Below are positions 11,761 to 22,339 of a stretch of 27,832 nt of DNA, one piece after another. Under the pieces are notes generated by a model, which had not been told where the DNA came from, made no database searches, and saw only the letters and a list, made by a program, of their open reading frames with translations. The stretch lies in NCBI GenBank assembly GCA_000182565.2, contig KQ257460.1; one strand, written 5' to 3'. Numbering within the stretch: the first letter of the stretch is position 1; each line of letters starts with the position of its first letter. The translations under genes were made by a program, and so were the position numbers. The DNA is from Spizellomyces punctatus DAOM BR117 (Eukaryota).

Positions 11761-14023
11761 CTATGACTGGAAGGAGTTGTGCAATCCTATCACGTCCGCG
11801 GCAGCCGGTTCCCTGGAGTCTCTAGTGTTGTCGTTTCGTAGTCGTTCCAGATGGAGGAAATATTCTTCATCTATATCGCCTGTAATCCATTCGAATCATT
11901 ACTTTCAATTACTAGCCTGACCGAGAATCAAGCCTGCGCAGCAAACCTGTGACATAACATCCATTGAACACGGATACATCAAACTGACTTATTTGGGGAT
12001 TGAACTTGGCCACAGACTGAACAAGATCTCTGAGCTCCTGCGAGTCACAATGGATCAGTACGTGTCAGCAAAATAAATCGCGTCATCTTCTCACCTGGTA
12101 GATAACGCAGTCGGCACCGATGGCCTCTGCGACCTCGTCATCAGTGCGATTCCACGCAACCAATTCTTGACGTGTAGGCATATCAATGCCATATACATTA
12201 GGATACCTGCGTAGGAGATGTTATATAGACAGCGGGTGCACGCAAAGTCATCATTACTATACCGAATTGGTGGGGCACAAGATGCGAAGTACACCTTTTT
12301 TGCTCCGGCATCTCGAGCCATCTGAATGATCTCCTGCGAGGTAGTGCCCCTGACAATGGAATCTGTCCGTAACATGAGTAAATGCATGAACAGCGCACTT
12401 AGCGAGGTGCCTCATACCATCAACAAGTAGCACGTTTTTGTCGTGGAACTCCATATGCATTGGGTTCAGCTTGCGCCGAACAGATTTCTTTCTACAATTA
12501 CACAATGTAGACGTATTGTGCACAATGAGCAGGCTTGCATAACTTACCTTAGCTGTTGACCGGGCATAATGAATGTCCTCCCAATATATCGGTTTTTAAT
12601 GAAACCTTCCCGGTAGAGGATATTTAACTTGTAGGAAACTTGAAGCGCAGCGGAACGGCTAGTATCGGGAACCTGGCGTATTTCAGGCTAAGTTTGCGCT
12701 TCATACACATGCTCAGAAGGAGATGCTTCCGCAATGTACCGGAATCACCACGTCCACATCCATATGTTTCCCAAGCTTACGGAGAACGGCTTCGGCCAGA
12801 GCCTCGCCCATAGCCAGCCGCGCTTTATACACAGAGACACCATCCATAATGGAATCCGGCCGGGCAAAATATACATATTCAAAAATATCTGGGGTGAAAG
12901 GGTTTCCAGTAACGCATTGTCTCTTCGTGATCCCATTTTTGGTGATTATCACAGCCTCCCCTATTCATATAAAGCGAATCAATGAGTAGGTTGTATTCTT
13001 TCGCTCACATACGGTCGCCATACCAGGTTGAACATCAACATAACTTGTGAATCCTAGTGCTTCAAGCACTACGCTCTCTGAAGCCATCATATAATCTTTC
13101 CCCTCACTTGATTGCCGCTCACCATATATCAGGGGGCGGATGCCGTTAGGGTCCTGTTCCAATACGTTACGGATCATGAAGTTGCTTCTCAACCTAGAAA
13201 TCATACGCACGCGAAAGCCCAACAATCCAAATCCCGCTATCATCCCGACACATGCATATCCACCTCTGCATTGCTTGTAAACGCCGCCCAATGCGGAAAA
13301 AATATCGTCCTCATTGACTCTAACGGCTCGGCATGAGTAACGGAGGATATAGTACTGAAGCGACATCAACAATACAATTCACTCGTACCGAAACTTTCCC
13401 GTCTTATTAAGATGATCGGCAAATATGTTTAGTAGCAGTTCCGAATCAGAATCCGTGTTGACATGACGGTGTGCTTCATGGTCAAGAAAATTCCGAAGTT
13501 GCTTCGAGTTCGTGAGATTTCCATTCTTCAATAGGGAATATCCTGAATTAGCTTAAAGGCAGTGTTTATCTACAAGCAGTGAGTACCCCATACGTGGGCA
13601 AAAACAATCCCGTAGGGACTGTTAACGTAGAAAGGCTGCGCTTCAGCATTTGAAGAGGTTCCTGCCGTGGGATAGCGAACTAGCAGAACTCCTTTAGGTC
13701 CCGTTCTTCTAGTGAAGAGCAAGTCCCCTCTTACCATGACCAACACCTAGTGACCCCTGCAAGCCAACGAGCTGTCGAGGTTCAAACACATCCCTCACCA
13801 TTCCATTACCCTTGCACTGATACAATCGACCTTTGTGACCACAGGTAATTATACCAGCGGCATCCTTGAGCAAAAAGTATGCTTGGTCAAATCCTCAGGT
13901 CCGATCCCCTCAGCTGATCGACCTCACCTGGCCCCGATGTTGTAATAATCCGAGTGCTTCGTATAGCTCTGCACTGGCGCTCGCCGTCGAGTCGGCCAGA
14001 ATCACAGCAGTGATGCCGCACAT
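11761..14023 (-). CDS. ADE4: Amidophosphoribosyltransferase (PurF), multi-exon
   Basis: [11 protein letters not shown] start at 14023 (Ntn Cys2). Motifs [71 protein letters not shown] and [14 protein letters not shown] at 11761-11763. Confidence 0.97.
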
Positions 14024-14104
14024 GTCCGCTGCTAATGTGTCAGACACTCAAAGCGTTTCGTTTTCAACTTCTTGATCGGACCAATTCGTGCTGCGCCACA
14101 CATC

Positions 14105-14111
14105 TGAGTCA
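14105..14111 (-). promoter_or_regulatory. TGACTCA element (Gcn4/CpcA- or Bas1-type site) in the 165-bp ADE4/PAN3 divergent promoter
   Basis: TGAGTCA on + (TGACTCA on -) about 82 bp upstream of the ADE4 ATG. Yeast ADE4 is controlled through TGACTC elements. Confidence 0.45.
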
Positions 14112-14188
14112 CACCCAAAAGCCATACCAGGTGTGACCTGGATCCAAGGTCCGCCTTCTAATCTGTGTGCATTTGTTCCAACATTGCC

Positions 14189-17109
14189 ATGCAAACGGAC
14201 ATGCCAGGGGCCAGAACCCCCCCACGGAATGGTGGGTACGGTTAGGTAACGGTCTGAAGAAGGCTACTTTACCATTCACTCACTCAACCCGGTCAACGCT
14301 AGCAAAGAGCCGGCTATGTAGGAATGTAGTAAGTCCAACCATCGCCCCGTCAGCTTTGCTGGCAGGATGCCGGACATTAAGCATATTCAACTCAAGGTCA
14401 TACACGGTTATTGTAAATACGAGAACAGGGGTTGCGAGTACAACCATGACGCTGTGAGTATTATGAAATGTTAGAAAGACGACGGTTCTTGAAATTTATA
14501 GGATGCACTGGAGGGTGTTCAGAGCAAGCCGCCTTCGGGATCGCAGTCCAACTCAAGTCCTGTCGCAGAAACTAAAACTAAGCTGCGTGTCGATTCCCCC
14601 GTGTTCACTCCGACAAAATCGCTTGCTGGGGATATCCTCGCATCCTTTCCACCTAAAGCAAGTGGTGAGGCTGAGGTGCCATATCGTTACGGTCCCAAGC
14701 AGGTTATGCGCGCAGTTTCCTTACTGATGTGACATAGAACCAACAGTTGCCCAGCAACTACCTGCAGCCCAACGTGCGACGTACGAACAGTATGGCGCCG
14801 GGGACAGGTGTGTACAGGCGGGCGAGGTGCAAACGTCCCCCACCGTATTTAATGTGCGATATTGATACCGCAGCGAAGTGCAGCCGTTTGAGCTGTCACC
14901 ATACAATCGCTCTGGGTCTGTATCAACGAGCACAGTCCACGATCCTGCCTCACCATTTGTGGTGCCCCCTCCACAAGTCGGAATCTCAGACTTATCTACT
15001 TTGGGCCATTCCATGAATCGAATGAGTCTCAGTGGACAGCAAACACTCACGGAGCGACCGGTGCGTGTACCTTTTAGCTTAGATCCAACTCAAATTTGCT
15101 CAAGAGTTATCTATCCCTTAAGAGCTCACAGTCGCATGCATCCTATTACCAGCAAAATGCACAGGTAGATCCATACTTCGTGCAGCAACAGCAACAGCAG
15201 ATGACGGTGTTGGCACCTCAGCAACCGGTACGCTTTTCCTAAGCCCTGCATAAGTACTTCTCCGAACGCATTCATAAATAACTCATAATCCAACAGCTTC
15301 AGTACCATCTCTACAGCTCCGCCCTTCCCCATATCTCTAATCTTCATCCACATCAGAAAACCATTCACGCCTTCTTTATGTCCGACCGCCTAAGAGAAGA
15401 ACTACAACGGAAAAGCGAAGCTGTGCAACAAGTTTTGGATCCGACCTGTAAGCTGCCTCTCCATGAATCCAGAACGCCAGATTAACGTGAATAATTGCTG
15501 GATATCTAGCGCCTGATTACCAACAGTTACCGGTAGAAATACATCATTATCACACCTTCTATCCATTAGACTTGCATCGCGATAGAAGCACCAAGGTTTT
15601 TGGGTATCCTACATGGGTTTACAAAGCCTTTTCTTCCATCGATGGGAAGCCTTACGTATTGCGAAGGGTCGAAGGTAAATTTGAACCGGCACAATATAAG
15701 CGATCTTCTCGAATCTCATCATCCTTGCCTCAGGCTTTCGATTATCAAATGAAGGTGCGATGTCGAGTATAGAGGGATGGCGGCGAATAAGGCATGCAAA
15801 CATCGTGTCAATCCGGGAAGCATTCACCACTAAGGCTTTTGGTGATCATTGTGAGTGAGCTCTCGCAGAGTTTTGCCGATAAAAGAAATTAGTAACATTA
15901 TAATCCGAGTAGCATTAGTTTTCGTGTATGATTATCATCCTCTTTCGACAACTATTTATGCAAAGTATTTCTCACACCCATCACATTCGAACACCGGTGT
16001 CCCGGAGAAGAACCTATGGAGCTTCATAACGCAGCTAGCCTCAGCATTGAAAACTATTCATTCGGCTGGATTGGCAGCGAGAACTATTGAACCGAGCAAA
16101 ATACTAATGACAGGAAAGAATAGGTACGGCTCGGCCATTCGACTTTCACGTCAGTTGATGATCGGGACCAACCCCGTATCTCCTTAAGGATACGATTAAA
16201 CTGTTGCGGAATCTTTGATATGCTCACGTATGATGCTGGCAAAAATATCCCAAGTCATCAGGTACTATTCTTTGCTACATAGCGTCGATCCATAGTCGTC
16301 CAGACAAATTGGTGACGGCTATTCCCCGAAGCAGCAAGAGGACTTGCTTCACTTTGGGCAACTGATCGTTGCCCTTGCATGTGGCTCTCTCGCAGCCGTT
16401 CACAACCTTCCCAAATCAATAGAGTACATTGTTCGCCACTATTCTGTGGACATGAAGAATGTCATCCTATATCTTCTGAGCAAGCCGAGTAGCTACAAGA
16501 GCATAGACGATGTGGTCACCATGATTGGACCCCGAATTCTGCACGAAATTAACAGTGCTCATCAGTAAGTGGATGAAATATTCTTGTACTTTTAGCTACG
16601 TCCATATTAACAGTAGTTAGCTACAATGACCTTTTGGAAGGTGATCTTTGCCGGGAATTGGAGAATGGTCGCCTGGTGCGTCTACTATGCAAACTAGGCT
16701 TTATCAATGAGCGACCAGAGTATGTTATCACGTGCCACATTCTTTAGATGATAGCAATCTATACTAAGACTGAGCGTTTTAGATTCAACATGGATCCGAC
16801 ATGGACGGAGACCGGTGATCGATACCTGCTAAAGCTATTTCGCGACTATGTCTTTCACCAGGTAGATGAAAATGGAAGTCCTATTGTCGATATGGCACAT
16901 GTTATCCAGTGTCTAAATAAGGTTAGAGGCGTGTTGCAACTGGAATGCAATAATGCATTGCTGATTATCCTCATTTGCAGCTGGATGCTGGTATCGATGA
17001 GAAGCTAATGCTGACCAGTCGCGATGAACAGTCCTGTTTGATTGTCACATACAAGGAACTGAGGCATTGCATAGAGAATACATTCCAGGAGCTACTTAAG
17101 CAACAGTGA
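14189..17109 (+). CDS. PAN3: PAN2-PAN3 deadenylase subunit PAN3, multi-exon
   Basis: Spliced CCCH finger [23 protein letters not shown] and PAM2-like [10 protein letters not shown]. Pseudokinase ([44 protein letters not shown]). C-terminus [21 protein letters not shown] and [28 protein letters not shown] at 17107-17109. Confidence 0.96.
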
Positions 17110-17762
17110 TCTGGATGATTGACTATGTGACAGCATAATAATGGCTCATTAATACACTGCAAACTTGATTTATCAAATTTTCCCCATTGTGAATAGATGA
17201 GTACATGATCAATATCCACCAGTAGATATTGATTTCAATTCCTTTTAGGATTATTTACCTTAAATATTAGATATGCTTAATATAAAGATATTTAGGAAAT
17301 TGTAGTGATATGAAATGCCTGGGGATGTCACAGACTAGTCAGATGAGGGCATGTGGATGTTTATCTCAGTTTTTGAGATGGGAAATGCAGCTACCACAAC
17401 CAAGAAAAGGGGTGTGGTGCCCACAATTACTGCAACTTAGACTTTTTTTTAGTATATTTTATACAACCCATGCAGGAATTTGACTGTCACCTAATTGGAA
17501 AGTATTGGTATTGCCACCAACAAATCAGTTATGGTGATGCTGTAGTTTTAGCATAGGAATTTATCCAAGAATTATGTATATAAGAATTTATTCAACAGAG
17601 CAAAGTTGCAAGGCAGAAGCCATAGCAACACTAAATCCCCACAACCAGCTTCTCAACCCTAACCCTAGGTTTACAGGGACCTAACAGAGCACTTCAATGG
17701 CCTGATCACCTGCACCAAAGCCTCTAAGTCCTGCTCAGTTCACAATTAACCAAATCCCTTGC

Positions 17763-18140
17763 TGTGAAAGGGTGGTGGTGCAAAGCTCAATATGTGACAA
17801 GATGTTGACACAAGTACACCATCCTCTTGTAGGTTCGGGCCATGGAATCTACCATACTGTAACTATCCTAACTACTGGGCAAGAGCTGGAGTGCTGTAGT
17901 AGAAGGTAACTCTATCCAGTGACTTAGGTGATACAGCAGTACCTATGGCCTAGTCCATCTGTACCTCAGTAAGATGGGTGCTAGTAGTGAGATCCCATGG
18001 AGGGATTAGTATATGGCTTTATGGCATACTAGGAACTAACTATCTGTCTTATATCTCTGAGTTAATCTGTACTGTATTGTCATCTACAGTTCAGCTTGTC
18101 CTTCTCCTGGGGGCCCTGGGGCTCAGACATCCCTTTCACA
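17763..18140. mobile_element. Putative solo LTR of a second family (left boundary 17763 or 17793)
   Basis: 10-bp terminal inverted repeat TGTGAAAGGG (17763) ... CCCTTTCACA (18140), TG...CA. Noncoding, CpG-poor, abuts the gypsy fragment. No 4-6 bp TSD is visible. Confidence 0.4.
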
Positions 18141-18650
18141 TGCCCAGACTACCCAGAGCCACCAGAAAACCCAGAAGACCCAGGACCCCCAGACTACCCA
18201 GAACCACCAGAACCCCCAGAACACCAGAGAACCCAAGAAGTCTAGACAACCTCAGAGGCCTAGAGACACCACAGAACCCCAGAACCACCAGAACTCCCAG
18301 GACACCAGAGAATCCCAGAGCCCTGGGAGAACCCAGGACACTAGAGAAACCCAGAAACCCCGGACACCCCAGGACACCAGTAAAACCCATGAAACCCAGA
18401 ACCCCCCAGTACCCCAGGAACCAGAAGTTGCCCCATACTCTTTGGGCAAGACACCAGGAACAGCTATCCCCAGGAACCAGCTCCTCATTGTCAATGGCTC
18501 AGCTCAAGGCATCCCAGTCACCATCCTCTTGGACAATGGAGCTGACCAGTTCTATGTCTCTCAAGACTTTGTGAGGAAGGCACAGCTTACTGTTGAGCCC
18601 CTGGCAGGAGCTCAGATCACCATGGCAGACAACAAGAAGTACCCAGGAAC
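18141..18650 (+). pseudogene. Ty3/gypsy pol N-terminal fragment: 9/18-bp coding minisatellite plus aspartic protease, cut by a copia LTR
   Basis: Repeats of the ccagaaccc type, then EVAPYSLGKTPG...LLIVNGSAQGIPVTILLDNGADQFYVS (retropepsin-like; DNG instead of DSG/DTG). Ends at the LTR start TGTTGAG (18651). Confidence 0.8.
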
Positions 18651-18919
18651 TGTTGAGATTCAGGCTTAAACCACGCTGTATGATCTATAAATCATGTGAG
18701 ATCATGCTGGGATGTCATTAGACAGTTCACATCTGATTTGGCTAAGTTACAACATGGGGAATTGGACTTAGAGTAATCAGAATGATCACAGACGCGTGTG
18801 TGAATGATTTAAAGGGGTAAATCATCATGTAAGCACTCTTAGAAGGTCTGGAAGGTTTGTGATGTTCTCTATTCTTCAGGTAATTGTTGCCAAGGCATGG
18901 CTGAAGCTGCTGAGCACTG
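18651..18919 (+). mobile_element. Partial copia LTR running into the assembly gap
   Basis: Matches 19248-19516 except for mismatches close to the gap. Confidence 0.85.
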
Positions 18920-19019
18920 NNNNNNNNNNNNNNNNNNNNNNNNNNNNNNNNNNNNNNNNNNNNNNNNNNNNNNNNNNNNNNNNNNNNNNNNNNNNNNNNN
19001 NNNNNNNNNNNNNNNNNNN
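18920..19019. other. Assembly gap (100 N)
   Basis: N run; flanks 18422-18919 and 19020-~19516 are near-identical. Confidence 0.99.
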
Positions 19020-19247
19020 CAGAAGTTGCCCCATACTCTTTGGGCAGACACCAGGAACAGCTATCCCCAGGAACCAGCTCCTCATTGTCAATGGCTCAGC
19101 TCAAGGCATCCCAGTCACCATCCTCTTGGACAATGGAGCTGACCAGTTCTATGTCTCTCAAGACTTTGTGAGGAAGGCACAGCTTACTGTTGAGCCCCTG
19201 GCAGGAGCTCAGATCACCATGGCAGACAACAAGAAGTACCCAGGAAC
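19020..19247 (+). pseudogene. Second copy of the gypsy protease fragment
   Basis: Matches 18422-18650 apart from a 1-nt deletion near the gap. Confidence 0.8.
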
Positions 19248-19759
19248 TGTTGAGATTCAGGCTTAAACCACGCTGTATGATCTATAAATCATGTGAGATC
19301 ATGCTGGGATGTCATTAGACAGTTCACATCTGATTTGGCTAAGTTACAACATGGGGAATTGGACTTAGAGTAATCAGAATGATCACAGACGCGTGTGTGA
19401 ATGATTTAAAGGGGTAAATCATCATGTAAGCACTCTTAGAAGGTCTGGAAGGTTTGTGATGATCTAGATCTTCAGGTAATGTTTGCCAAGGCATGGCTGA
19501 AGCTGCTGAGCACTGCTGAGCATGGCTGAGCATGTAAACAAGTGGGCTGAAGCATGTAAACAGTAAACAAAGGCAGAGGGAGGCTGGAGAATGTACTGGG
19601 TTATATAAAGGGGACTTTTGAACGTCTCTGGATTAATACAAGCATGTTATCCCACAAGTTACTGCACCCAGAAGTCTTACTAGCGGCCACAGGCATTACT
19701 AAGCCTTTCAGAAGTGATTTCTACACGGGAAATCAGTGTTCCAAGCGCTAAGTTCAATA
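19248..19759 (+). mobile_element. Full 512-bp copia LTR, inverted relative to the adjacent copia body
   Basis: TGTTGAGATT...AAGTTCAATA, the reverse complement of 21829-22339. TATATAA at 19602. Its 3' end joins directly to mid-integrase sequence. Confidence 0.9.
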
Positions 19760-20110
19760 CTCATCAAGTTTTGACCGCTTTTCTTTTGGAATATGAGTGT
19801 AGGCCACGCAGCCAAACACTCTGAGGTGCTGGAGATCTGGTTTACCACCTGTAAACTCTTGAAATGGTGTTGATTGGTTGCTGAGTGCTGCAGTGGGGCT
19901 CCTGTTCCTGAGATAGACCGCTGTCATGATTGCCTCGCCCCAGAACTTGTAGCTGAGTCCACTGTGGTGCAGCATGCACCTTCCCATTTCCACCAGCGTC
20001 CTGTTCATCCTCTCAGCAACACCATTCTGCTCTGGTGTGTAGGGGGTGCTGAATTGCTGCTGAATTCCCTTCTGCTTGCAGAATTTCTTGAATTCTTCGC
20101 CCACATACTT
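19760..20110 (-). pseudogene. Ty1/copia integrase core C-terminal fragment
   Basis: YVGEEFKKFCKQKGIQQQFSTPYTPEQNGVAERMNRTLVEMGRCML...FWGEAIMTAVYLRNRSP...LRVFGCVAYTHIPKEKRSKLD. Truncated by the LTR; no RT or RNase H. Confidence 0.93.
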
Positions 20111-20961
20111 ACTACAATCCACCAGACTGCTACCTGAGAGGTTTTGGTGTCATCTCCCGACTGAGCAAAGAATAGGAACTCATTCTGAGTTGCCTGACTG
20201 GTGCTGGCTTGATTGGCTTGTTGTTTGGTGTCCGCCAGAAACTTCCTGCAGTCCTTCTTGAAGTGACCCTTCTTGTTGCAATAGAAGCACTTCCCTGCTG
20301 TCTTCTTGGTCCCACCATGCTTGCCAACCTTCTGCCCGCCATCCCTGCTGAAAAAAGCCTTCCCTTTCCTATCTCCTTCACCCCCAGCTTCCTTCCTGCA
20401 TGTTTCTTCATGCAAAAGCCATGATGCAAGGAATTCTGGTGTCAGAGAGTCACTCCTGGCCTCCAAAGACACCACCAGATGTTCATAACTCTCTGGTAGG
20501 CTGTAGAGTAGGGTGATGACTTGGTCTTCTTCACTGACTGGCGCCCCAATGGCCTCCAACTGCTGAGCCATTGTCCTGACCGTGTTTATGTGTCCCAACA
20601 TGCCCCCAGTGCCGTCTTCCATCTTCAGAGTGAGAAATTTCCTCCTTAGATAGAGCCTACTGGCAATTCCCTTCCTTTGGTGGATGTCACTGAGCTTTAA
20701 CCAGGCCTCTTTTGCAGTTACAGTGGTCTGTACATGCGTGAGTTGGGCATCACTCAGTGACAGAGCAATTACAGCCATTGCCCGCTCATCCCTTCTCCTC
20801 CAATCCTTCTCAGAGGTTTCCTCCATGCTCTCATCCCCCTCAATCACACCCCACAGCCCCTTTTCCTTCAGCAACATTGTCATTTTGAACTTCCAGAGGT
20901 GGTAGTTCATGCCATTGAACTTTTCCATTGTGAGTTTGGTGTCCAAGTCCATGTTTGACAT
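20111..20961 (-). CDS. Ty1/copia Gag (UBN2-like domain plus CCHC knuckle); open frame, but downstream pol is deleted
   Basis: KFNGMNYHLWKFKMTMLLKEKGLW, TAKEAWLKL, LLYSLPESYEHLV and CFYCNKKGHFKKDC. The ORF as computed runs on to 20005, out of frame across the deletion junction. Confidence 0.92.
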
Positions 20962-21126
20962 GTCTGAGCTGATTTGGTGAGTGGATTTGTTGTTGGGGAA
21001 GAGGTGAAATCGTCCTGGTGTGGTAGGTGGTCCAAATATGAGGTTGGGAAGAGGATAGGTCCGTCAGGAAGATGGTGTGGCTGTCAGAAAAGAGATTTGA
21101 AGCAGGAAAATATCAGTGATAGCTAT

Positions 21127-21140
21127 CAGGGCTCATAACC
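21127..21140 (-). promoter_or_regulatory. Primer-binding site complementary to the anticodon arm of tRNA-iMet (Hemivirus: Ty5/copia type)
   Basis: Minus strand reads LTR end ...TCAATA|GGTTATGAGCCCTG. The plus strand CAGGGCTCATAACC matches the internal anticodon stem-loop sequence of fungal initiator tRNA-Met. Confidence 0.88.
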
Positions 21141-22339
21141 TATTGAACTTAGTGCTTGGAACACCGATTTCCTGTGTAGAAATCACTGCTGAAAGGCCTA
21201 GTAATGCCTGTGGCCGCTAGTAAGACTTCTGGGTGCAGTAACTTGTGGGATAACATGCTTGTATTAATCCAGAGACGTTCAAAAGTCCCCTTTATATAAC
21301 CCAGTACATTCTCCAGCCTCCCTCTGCCTTTGTTTACTGTTTACATGCTTCAGCCCACTTGTTTACATGCTCAGCCATGCTCAGCAGTGCTCAGCAGCTT
21401 CAGCCATGCCTTGGCAAACATTACCTGAAGATCTAGATCATCACAAACCTTTCAGACCTTCTAAGACTGCTTACATGATGATTTTATTGAACTTAGCGCT
21501 TGGAACACTGATTTCCCGTGTAGAAATCACTTCTGAAAGGCTTAGTAATGCCTGTGGCCGCTAGTAAGACTTCTGGGTGCAGTAACTTATGGGATAACAC
21601 GCTTGTATTAATCCAGAGACATTCAAAAGTCCCCTTTATTTAACCCAGTACATTCTCCAGCCTCCCTCCGCCTTTGTTTACTGTTTACATGCTTCAGCCC
21701 ACTTGTTTACATGCTCAGCCATGCTCAGCAGTGCTCAGCAGCTTCAGCCATGCCTTGGCAAACATTACCTGAAGATCTAGATCATCACAAACCTTTCAGA
21801 CCTTCTAAGAGTGCTTACATGATGATTTTATTGAACTTAGCGCTTGGAACACTGATTTCCCGTGTAGAAATCACTTCTGAAAGGCTTAGTAATGCCTGTG
21901 GCCGCTAGTAAGACTTCTGGGTGCAGTAACTTATGGGATAACATGCTTGTATTAATCCAGAGACGTTCAAAAGTCCCCTTTATTTAACCCAGTACATTCT
22001 CCAGCCTCCCTCCGCCTTTGTTTACTGTTTACATGCTTCAGCCCACTTGTTTACATGCTCAGCCATGCTCAGCAGTGCTCAGCAGCTTCAGCCATGCCTT
22101 GGCAAACATTACCTGAAGATCTAGATCATCACAAACCTTCCAGACCTTCTAAGAGTGCTTACATGATGATTTACCCCTTTAAATCATTCCACACGCGTCT
22201 GTGATCATTCTGATTACTCTAAGTCCAATTCCCCACGTTGTAACTTAGCCAAATCAGATGTGAACTGTCTAATGACATCCCAGCATGATCTCACATGATT
22301 TATAGATCATACAGCGTGGTTTAAGCCTGAATCTCAACA
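21141..22339 (-). repeat. LTR array 1: two 344-bp 3'-LTR units (21141, 21485) plus a full LTR (21829-22339)
   Basis: TATTGAACTT recurs at a 344-bp period; the array ends at ATCTCAACA. Confidence 0.95.

Noticed and set aside
657-17219. Numerous short ORFs overlapping the six genes in other frames or strands
   Set aside because: Explained as exon read-through into introns or as shadow ORFs.
17654-17667. Telomere-like CAACCCTAACCCTA (telomere seed or telomerase RNA template)
   Set aside because: Only about two repeats, and no supporting structure was identified.
18422-19516. Apparent ~600-bp tandem duplication of protease plus LTR around the N gap
   Set aside because: The copies flank a 100-N gap and differ only next to it. 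This is typical of unmerged overlapping contig ends with low-quality bases, so it is probably an artefact.
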